From a virus (Duplodnaviria; Caudoviricetes): 64,000 nt of DNA. Both the position numbers and the translations under genes were made by a program. The notes under the pieces were generated by a model, which saw nothing but the letters and a program-made list of their open reading frames with translations, was not told the DNA's origin and did no database searches. Position 1 is the first letter of the stretch. Every line of letters begins with the position of its first letter. The stretch lies in the IMG/VR virus record IMGVR_UViG_3300050821_001373, positions 1,472 through 65,471 of that record; one strand, written 5' to 3'. Of this stretch, positions 56,950 to 64,000 are shown piece by piece.

Positions 56950-57309
56950 TTATGATGCCGTTTTCTGAGCTTCAAGTGCCGCCTGCGCCATGGCGGGATC
57001 GTTGATGGTGACAGTCGCCCTGCCCCCGGAAATGGCGTTCACGGTGGTTGACGGGCTCGCGCCGATCGCCGCAGCCTGGCTCGTCTTGCTAGACGACATG
57101 ATGCCGCGGATAGCGAGATAGAGCGGAGCAGCAGCGCCGACCAGAATCGAGATGTCGTTGATGACAGTGCCGCAAGCCGCGATCACAGCCTTGACCTGAT
57201 CGAGGGAGATGCCTTTGGCCTGAAGACCAAAGATAGAAATCGCGGTGCCGGCAATCGCGCCAGCATATCGGCCGGCGGTATTGATTTCGGCTTGGGTCGG
57301 AAGGCGCAT
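56950..57309 (-). CDS. holin-like membrane protein
   Basis: Two hydrophobic segments; downstream of endolysin; AGGA RBS before ATG 57309. Confidence 0.55.
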   Translation of the reverse strand: MRLPTQAEINTAGRYAGAIAGTAISIFGLQAKGISLDQVKAVIAACGTVINDISILVGAAAPLYLAIRGIMSSSKTSQAAAIGASPSTTVNAISGGRATVTINDPAMAQAALEAQKTAS

Positions 57310-57478
57310 TGACTTTGTTCCTATCGGTGAGCTTTGGATACCCGGATTATAGTCGATTTGATCATACCGGCGACGATGAGCACACACGCAACAGCAAGAG
57401 CCAACACCGACGTCCAGAACATGCAGATGAGAAGGGCCATGCAGGCTAGACAGGCGCCTGCCGCTATGCCGACGCCGA

Positions 57479-58117
57479 TCATGACGCCACCGGTACGGCC
57501 ACATTAGCCGCCTTCCAGCGCTTGAGCCATTCCTTGCGCTCGGGCAAACCGGTCAATCCACCATTGAGGGCCCTCGTAACCCCGCTGATGTCATCCTTCC
57601 TCGCATAAGGTAGACACCCACAGTTGACGAAATCGGACACTGCGCAGAGCAGGAAGGTTTCGGGGCGAATCAGGATGTCTGGATCCTTGATGACGTCGAG
57701 GCCGGTCTGTTTGGCAACGCGCTCATACCCCTCCCTGCCCGTCGTCTGCGAGCCGCCGCGGCCCCGGAAATTCCATCCGTCGTCCGAGCCCGTCTTGTTA
57801 CCCATGCGGCCGTTGTAGACCTTGTTCGCCAGCGCCTTGGGATTGTTGACGAAAGGCTGTGCACTGGCGACCGTCGGGAAGCGGCTCGGCCATACTGCGC
57901 GCAATCTTGCGTTCGAGTAATTCAAGTTCTCAATCATGTCATGGCCGGCTCCGCATTCGTGGCTGATCTGCGCCATGACGTGCGCGAGCACTAGCGGGCT
58001 GTCGATACCGTATTTTGCGAACACCGACGGCGCGCTGGCGGCGATACCGTCGCGGAGCCCCGGAACGCGTTCATCGCCGTTCGGCCAGAGATTATAAAGC
58101 GTGTTGATGAATGCCAT
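57479..58117 (-). CDS. endolysin, glycoside hydrolase family 19
   Basis: AQISHEC, ENLNYS, ANKVYNGRMGN, FRGRGGSQTTGR, TRALNGG. Confidence 0.9.
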   Translation of the reverse strand: MAFINTLYNLWPNGDERVPGLRDGIAASAPSVFAKYGIDSPLVLAHVMAQISHECGAGHDMIENLNYSNARLRAVWPSRFPTVASAQPFVNNPKALANKVYNGRMGNKTGSDDGWNFRGRGGSQTTGREGYERVAKQTGLDVIKDPDILIRPETFLLCAVSDFVNCGCLPYARKDDISGVTRALNGGLTGLPERKEWLKRWKAANVAVPVAS

Positions 58118-58146
58118 TCCTCGTCGTCCCTCGATGAATTGTGGCG

Positions 58147-58175
58147 AACCTACTTTTATTTGCCATCCGCGTCAA
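58147..58175 (-). promoter_or_regulatory. sigma70-like promoter upstream of endolysin
   Basis: TTGACG-17 nt-TAGGTT. Confidence 0.55.
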
Positions 58176-58257
58176 ATTCTCGTGCTATACGAACTAGATG
58201 GCTAGATTTATGACCCTGCTGTATCTGGTTTCCGTCTGGCTTCTGGTTCCGTTTCCA

Positions 58258-60570
58258 CTAGGGTTTTGGCTTTTCGTCTTGGGCGCCTGCTGCCATCGGA
58301 CCCTGCGGAACATTGATCATAAGCCGGCCGGTATTCGCCCCGCTTGGGGCGCTCCCGGACAGCGAGAGCGTATTAGCGATTCGTCGCAGCCCTTCCGAGA
58401 TCTTCTCGTTCTTGGTCGCCATACGTAGGCCCTGCGCCAAATCACCGGGATTGTTTGACGTCAGTAATCTGGCAACGTTACGAGCCGTCGTGGCATCGAC
58501 CTTACCCACCAGTTTTTTGGCACCTGCAGAGACCTCCGACGCCAAGAACTTGCCTGCGCCGAATCTGGCCGTAGCTGCTGCTCCAGCGCCCTCCAATGCT
58601 TTTACCGGGTCCCAGCCGCTGGCATACCCGCTCAACGCACCACCCGCGAGTCCCGCTTCGATCAATTGCCGGGCCGTGGTTGACCCGCCCATGGCTTGTC
58701 TGGCACGATCCATAATCGTCTCAAGCGTCATCCGGGCCTGGATCTTGGCCATTCCCGCCGGTCCGAAAACGGCTTCTGCTCTGGCTCGCTCGTTTGGCGA
58801 GTTGAACATGGCCTTGGTAATGTCGCGGGTATCACGGATATTGCTGATCACGCGATCGGCCCAGTCGGAGGCATATCCTTCCCTGAACAGGTTTTGTTCG
58901 TCAGGCTTCATCTTTCCGATGGCCTGCTTGATGACTTGGGGATCAGCGTTCTTGCCGGCCAGCGTTCGCCCCGCCTGCAACGCGTCCTTTTCGCCAAAGA
59001 AGTTGGCTGCGAAGCCCCTGGCATCAGCGTAAGACGGAACCTGCTTGTCGAGCTCGTCCCGCAGGGTTTTGGCAAGCTTTCCCGCAACAGATGTGGTGTC
59101 ACCCTGACGCTGGGCCACGCTGGCCATGCCGTCGAGCTCTTTCTTGACCGCATCCCAATATTGCAGGTTCGGATACTGAGGAACTCCGTTCGGCTTCGTC
59201 TTGGAGAACTTGATCAGACCATTTTCGACCGTGACGCCGGGGTTAAATGCTCCGTACCCTTCCGAGATCGCACGGTCCTTTCCCGAGGTGACCGCATTTT
59301 TCATCGCCTGCTCAAAAACAGGCGCTCCCATCAGCCTCTCCATTTCCGGGGAGATGATTTCCTTGTCGCCTTCCGTGTAAGATCGCTTATAGAGCGGGCC
59401 CCGCCCCTTGTTGTACGCTTCGACCAATTCATCCGCAGTCTTTCCGGCATTGGCGCCGCCAGCCACCAGGTTGCGGACATCTCCCGCGACACGCTCGCTC
59501 TGGTTCAAAAACCGGTCCTCAATTACCTTTTCAAGGAGCGCGCGCCCTTCGGGAGAGGTGTTGGCCGCAGACCGAAGCAGAGACTGCGTGTTACCAGCTC
59601 CGAGGTCAGCCAGGGTCACAGGCTCACCAGCCTGACGAGCAGCAATCCAGTCTTGCGGCGACATGCCCTTTGCGGTGCCGGCATCGATCATCTTCTGGTC
59701 TGCACGGAGAGCAGTAGCCACGCGCCGGCCTGCTTCGGCCTCCGGATCAATCCAGCCCCTTACCGTCTGAACGATCGGCTTGGCGAATCGATTGGCTGCT
59801 GCACCGAGCGCAGAACCGGCCGCAGCGCCTAATGCGCCGCCTGCCCCGCCCCCGATCGCGCCAGTACCGGCACCTTCCAGCCGGCTGGATGCATCCGTTC
59901 CTTGGCCGAGCCCGGATAGCCCGCCATAGCCTGCGCCCGCCGCGGCACCGCTTCCGACCAGCCGAGATAGATTGGTTAGCGTGCCGGCACCCTCAATCGG
60001 TCCCATCACCTCCGGAGCCGCCAACATGGGAGCAATTGCCCCTGCAGCCTCGCTGGCTCCGTATGCAAGCGGATGATGCTCCTGCGCTGATTTTTGCGCT
60101 GCACGCTCAGCGTCTCGGGCCTCTTCGTACTGCTTGGTGGCCCCAACGTCACTGCCTGTCAGGTATTCATACCCGAGCTTGGCCGCACCAGCCACCGGAC
60201 GCGCCGCAGCCCCAACCAAAGGCACCTTATCGACCCATGAAGGACCGGCAGCGTTGAGCCCGCTCAGCTCATCGCTGAAGCCGGCCGTCACACCGGAAAA
60301 CGCGCCATGACCGATGGCGTGTAGCGTCCCGTTGTCTGGGGTGGCAGGAGCGGCATCAAACGGTTTCGACGGGTCAAACGCCGGCTTTTGATCCGAAGCC
60401 TCGAACGGCTTGGATGGATCGAACGCGGGCTTATCCACGTCGCCGCCCTCGGCCTTCTTGACCTTGCCGCGATCCCACGGCCCGCGCTTGTGCGTATCCA
60501 GCGAGCCGCGCTTTGCCTTATCGTTGTCCTTGATCTTAGCGACGATGAGCGCCTTTTTGATCTGGCTCAT
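58258..60570 (-). CDS. DNA ejection / internal virion protein
   Basis: 770 aa Ala/Gly-rich; AFDPSKPF x2; GVTAGFSDEL; GGSTTARQL. Confidence 0.7.
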   Translation of the reverse strand: MSQIKKALIVAKIKDNDKAKRGSLDTHKRGPWDRGKVKKAEGGDVDKPAFDPSKPFEASDQKPAFDPSKPFDAAPATPDNGTLHAIGHGAFSGVTAGFSDELSGLNAAGPSWVDKVPLVGAAARPVAGAAKLGYEYLTGSDVGATKQYEEARDAERAAQKSAQEHHPLAYGASEAAGAIAPMLAAPEVMGPIEGAGTLTNLSRLVGSGAAAGAGYGGLSGLGQGTDASSRLEGAGTGAIGGGAGGALGAAAGSALGAAANRFAKPIVQTVRGWIDPEAEAGRRVATALRADQKMIDAGTAKGMSPQDWIAARQAGEPVTLADLGAGNTQSLLRSAANTSPEGRALLEKVIEDRFLNQSERVAGDVRNLVAGGANAGKTADELVEAYNKGRGPLYKRSYTEGDKEIISPEMERLMGAPVFEQAMKNAVTSGKDRAISEGYGAFNPGVTVENGLIKFSKTKPNGVPQYPNLQYWDAVKKELDGMASVAQRQGDTTSVAGKLAKTLRDELDKQVPSYADARGFAANFFGEKDALQAGRTLAGKNADPQVIKQAIGKMKPDEQNLFREGYASDWADRVISNIRDTRDITKAMFNSPNERARAEAVFGPAGMAKIQARMTLETIMDRARQAMGGSTTARQLIEAGLAGGALSGYASGWDPVKALEGAGAAATARFGAGKFLASEVSAGAKKLVGKVDATTARNVARLLTSNNPGDLAQGLRMATKNEKISEGLRRIANTLSLSGSAPSGANTGRLMINVPQGPMAAGAQDEKPKP

Positions 60571-63500
60571 TTGTAGCTACCGTCAGGCTGCAGCGTGTAG
60601 GTGTGGCCGTTCTGGATCACAGTGGCTGGTTTGCTGGCGGCCGGCGCAGGAGCGGAATGCCCGGCGGCCGCTGTTGCGTCATTACCCTTGCGCAATTCAT
60701 CCTTCACGGCGCCAGGTGCGGACAGGGCGGCTTTCATCTCCTGTTGCATGGTCGAGACCACGGCCTTATACGCGTCGGGACCCTGAGCCGAGTTAAGCAT
60801 GTCGTACGCGTGCTGACGCATCGAATCGGTCGGGACGCCAGATGGCGACACCGCGCGGACGTAGGCATTGACGAGAGAGTTCGTCGCCGCCACGAAGCTG
60901 GCGAGCTCCGGACTGCTGCGACCCTTCTGCACACGCTGGACCAACTCGTTCCATGGCATCCAGTCGCCTCGTGCGACCTTATCCGATGCAGCCAGTGCGA
61001 TCGGGATCATGTTGTTTGCTTCGTTCGCCGCAAGCGAGATGTTCGCTGCACGGACGCCGACGGCACGTTGACCGGCAATCGCGCCAGCCTGTTCGTTGAA
61101 TGCGTTGACGATGCCCTTCGGGTCGAGCCCAGCCTCGCGCGCCTGCTTGGCGATTGCCTGACGCAGCTTGACGATGTTCTCCGAGCCCTGAGCGCCGCGG
61201 CCGAGGTTTTGCATCACCGTTCGATCGCCGGCAAGATACTGGTCCGCCATGTCGTGGATTGTGTCGTCATCCAGAACAGAGGCGGCAACTCGCTTGGCCT
61301 CGGCTTGAGCCTTGACAATAGCAGGATCGGTCGGGCCGCCGGGAATGGGCTCAAGTCCGCCGCTCGCGCTCAGGCGATATCCGTTCGGCGGCTCTCCTTT
61401 TGCTTTGGTAACGCGCGCCAATACATTCGGGTCTGCTGGGCCACCTGGGATAGCCTCATAGCCGTTTTTCGTTTCGCGATATCCGGTGGGAATATCCAGA
61501 TCCTTGAGCGCTTTCTTGGAGTCAACGTAAGCAGGGTTGACCATCATTCCGCCTTTCCCGTCAGGGATTAGCGGACTACTGGCTAACTCTCGCTTCTGAT
61601 TCTCGATGTTCGAAGCGATCTGCTTTGCCTGCAGGTCGATCCGCTGCTGCTCTTGCCCGCGCGTCGCGGCCTTGTCCGCAGCCTCCTGCTCTGCCTGGGT
61701 CGAGGCGGAATACTGCTTCATGCCAGACAGGCCGCCTTCACCGATCGCAGAGAGCGCAAACGGTGACCGACTCGCCGCCACGCCGAGCGCGCCCGTGATG
61801 ATGGCCTCACGAGCCTTGTCGGACAGGCCAAACGGGTTGAAGCCACCCCATCGGCTTTCCGGCGCCGCGGGTTCGGTCGGTCGTGCCGTCATCGGAGATG
61901 CACCGCTATACGCCAGCGCCGTGGTCGGTTCGGTCGGCGTGTCGTCCGGGTTGGTGATTTGCTTGGGAAGCGGCGCACGCATCGGGCTTGCTGCCGGGAC
62001 AGCGGCCGGATTGACCTCAGGTGCAGGGCTCGTTTTATCCACGCCCTGTCGCCATGCATCAACGGCTGGCTGATCAGGCATCCGGATTGGATCGCCGGGG
62101 TTCACCACGTCGTCGTCTTTTGCAAGGATCGGAGGCGGCGGAACGTCACGCTGCGGGAACGCCGCGCCGAACCTATCATCCATGGCCCATCCGCCATCGG
62201 CATAGGACTGGAACGGGGTATTTCCAACCGCACCGCCGCTGGCTCGCTTTACCGCTCGATGGATTTGATGGATCGCGTCAACGAAACCGCCCGAGCTGTA
62301 TCCCGGGCCATAGTCCGAGGCATCCAGTCCGGGAAGGGGATTGCTAGAGCTCCCACCGTATTCCCCGGTGAGAGCGTTGCCGCCACCATAAGCCGGATCA
62401 GAAAACAGGCCGCTCTTGCCGGCCGTACCGATGAACTTTCCGAGCGACGCATCCATGCCACCGCCGCTGTCCTGAGGCTTCGCGAACGAGAGCGATGGAG
62501 CATGCAGTTGAGCGTTCGACGCTCCGCCGCCCGGAATGAACGATACGCCACCGAACGGCAACGCCGCGCCACCTGAGGCAAATTTACCACGGCCAGCCGC
62601 GTCCTCGGTCGCCTTGCCGTAATCGACGGTCTTGATGCCGCCAGACTCGCCAACCGCGTCGGGATGCGAATGCTCGACGTTCTGCGCCATCAGCCCGATT
62701 TGCGTCATCGGGCTGCCGATGTAGTTGAACCGATAGATCGGCTGGCCGTCATAGGTCTTTCCGATCTCCTCCTTGTTCTCCTTCACCCGCTCATCGCTGA
62801 ACGCAGTCAGGGCGGCCGTGCCCAGCCCCAGCGCCTGCGTGAAAGGATTCGGGCCCGGCGAGGTCTGCGTTCCGCTCGACGTGGTTCCCTGCGCGAGAGC
62901 TGTGGGAAGTCCGTACTGCTGCAGGAACGCGGCCTGCGCATAAGGAATGCCCTGCGCCTGAAGGTACTGCTGATACGCTGCGGTATCGGCGCCCTGCTGC
63001 GTCTGCTGCTGCAGCGTGCCGGCGGCGATCTGGGCTTGTCCACCTTGCAATGCGGCGGTCTGGCCTGCCGTCCCAATGCCCGCCAAGCTGCTCGCAGCAG
63101 CCAACGGGTTCTGCTGGTACTGCTGGGCTGCGGTCTGCAAGCCGCTGTTGTACGAGTTGGAATACAGGTTGGCGATCGTTGGCGCCTGGGCAATCTGCTG
63201 GTTCTTCGCAAGCGTGGTCTGTGCCACGGCCTGCCGATCACCACCCAACGCTCCCTGCGACGCCGCGTTGCCCTTCAGCGCGTTCTGTGCCTGACCGTTC
63301 TGGTCATTGAACTGTGCCTGTGTGGCGTCGACCACGTTCTGGATATATGGGTTCTGGTACTGCTGGATCTGCGCCGAGGTCAGCGGGTTAGCCGCACCCT
63401 GAGCCAAAGCGCCCGCCGACTGGATGTAGGGCGAGGCGAAATTCGACGCTCCGTTAATCGTGTTGATGCCGGCGGTTTGCTGCGCGTTGATCCCAGCATT

Positions 63501-63632
63501 GAGCTCTCCGCTGTACGGCGTGTATGGCGTGGATGCTGCACCGGCCACCGTGTTATAGATGTTCTGCAACGCGGCCTGATTGACGGGCGTCGAGGTCTGC
63601 TGCGAGGTGCTGGTGTTCGTTTTGCCGCCCAT
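60567..63632 (-). CDS. DNA ejection/pilot protein with internal peptidase S74 (intramolecular chaperone) domain
   Basis: MGGK..T start, YQNPY..NVV, SDERVKEN...IYRFNY...IGLMAQNVE...VDY. Confidence 0.75.
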   Translation of the reverse strand: MGGKTNTSTSQQTSTPVNQAALQNIYNTVAGAASTPYTPYSGELNAGINAQQTAGINTINGASNFASPYIQSAGALAQGAANPLTSAQIQQYQNPYIQNVVDATQAQFNDQNGQAQNALKGNAASQGALGGDRQAVAQTTLAKNQQIAQAPTIANLYSNSYNSGLQTAAQQYQQNPLAAASSLAGIGTAGQTAALQGGQAQIAAGTLQQQTQQGADTAAYQQYLQAQGIPYAQAAFLQQYGLPTALAQGTTSSGTQTSPGPNPFTQALGLGTAALTAFSDERVKENKEEIGKTYDGQPIYRFNYIGSPMTQIGLMAQNVEHSHPDAVGESGGIKTVDYGKATEDAAGRGKFASGGAALPFGGVSFIPGGGASNAQLHAPSLSFAKPQDSGGGMDASLGKFIGTAGKSGLFSDPAYGGGNALTGEYGGSSSNPLPGLDASDYGPGYSSGGFVDAIHQIHRAVKRASGGAVGNTPFQSYADGGWAMDDRFGAAFPQRDVPPPPILAKDDDVVNPGDPIRMPDQPAVDAWRQGVDKTSPAPEVNPAAVPAASPMRAPLPKQITNPDDTPTEPTTALAYSGASPMTARPTEPAAPESRWGGFNPFGLSDKAREAIITGALGVAASRSPFALSAIGEGGLSGMKQYSASTQAEQEAADKAATRGQEQQRIDLQAKQIASNIENQKRELASSPLIPDGKGGMMVNPAYVDSKKALKDLDIPTGYRETKNGYEAIPGGPADPNVLARVTKAKGEPPNGYRLSASGGLEPIPGGPTDPAIVKAQAEAKRVAASVLDDDTIHDMADQYLAGDRTVMQNLGRGAQGSENIVKLRQAIAKQAREAGLDPKGIVNAFNEQAGAIAGQRAVGVRAANISLAANEANNMIPIALAASDKVARGDWMPWNELVQRVQKGRSSPELASFVAATNSLVNAYVRAVSPSGVPTDSMRQHAYDMLNSAQGPDAYKAVVSTMQQEMKAALSAPGAVKDELRKGNDATAAAGHSAPAPAASKPATVIQNGHTYTLQPDGSYK

Positions 63633-64000
63633 TATCGTGTCCTGTACAGATGCCGCGGCGGCTCGATGTTGTCGGGCGCGGGATAAACGAAGAATGCGCC
63701 AGCGGCGGTAAGCTGGCGCTCGTATAGCCGAACCTTTGCGGCAGCTCGTTTGGTCGAGAGCACGCCGATGATGAGCTTCAGGTCTTGGTGGGTCGCCCTG
63801 ATCTGATCTACCATGTGCTTGGCGTATCCGATTAAGGTTTGAGCGTGGTTCGAAGCACGGTGCTCCGGGTCCACAAAATTGAGATATTCGTCCAGAGTGA
63901 TATCATCAGAATACCACGTCGAGCCGAATCCGAGCATGATCGCGCCTTCGAGCTTCTTCTCGCCAATCACCCCAATTATCCCGCGCGGACCGGCATCAGT
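63632..64000 (-). CDS. GNAT-like conserved phage protein (partial, start outside window)
   Basis: Frame open to window edge; WYS...FVDPEHR...AKVRLYER. Confidence 0.55.
   Translation of the reverse strand, partial: TDAGPRGIIGVIGEKKLEGAIMLGFGSTWYSDDITLDEYLNFVDPEHRASNHAQTLIGYAKHMVDQIRATHQDLKLIIGVLSTKRAAAKVRLYERQLTAAGAFFVYPAPDNIEPPRHLYRTR

Noticed and set aside
58198-58428. Plus-strand hydrophobic ORF
   Set aside because: Mostly overlaps the ejection gene antisense, no RBS, and the candidate promoter spacing is wrong
60363-61495. Short repeats AFDPSKPF x2 and GY...IPGGP.DP x2
   Set aside because: Ordinary intragenic peptide repeats of ejection proteins, not separate elements

Overview
The window is essentially all tailed-phage DNA (GC roughly 60-63% by eye). 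It looks like most of a podovirus-like genome, probably infecting Alphaproteobacteria (Rhizobiales/Bradyrhizobium-like; host is inference). A divergent control region at ~37.3-37.4 kb separates two arms. The long minus-strand arm carries a Cro-like HTH, RusA, three DNA MTases, a DnaA-C HTH protein, a Rep-like/SF2 helicase fusion, many small accessory genes, terS/terL, portal, GroES-like, scaffold, adaptor and tail genes. The short plus-strand arm carries DUF968-like, KTSC, HNH and RecT genes. The right end holds ejection proteins, a GH19 lysis cassette and a displaced capsid operon. No integrase, DNA polymerase, tRNA or CRISPR was seen. The most striking observations are: (1) five fibre/decoration-like late proteins carry classical Sec signal peptides and all have even cysteine counts (20, 10, 6, 4, 8), suggesting virion appendages folded in the periplasm, one ending in a polysaccharide-lyase-like domain; (2) a repeated, covarying structured RNA motif in the early right leader; (3) a promoter-terminator-bounded antisense RNA in front of the Rep-helicase gene, plus two free-standing mini-proteins carrying the same PW-x3-G[MI]S-xx-TWY HTH motif. 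All product calls come from motif recognition by eye; no database search was run.
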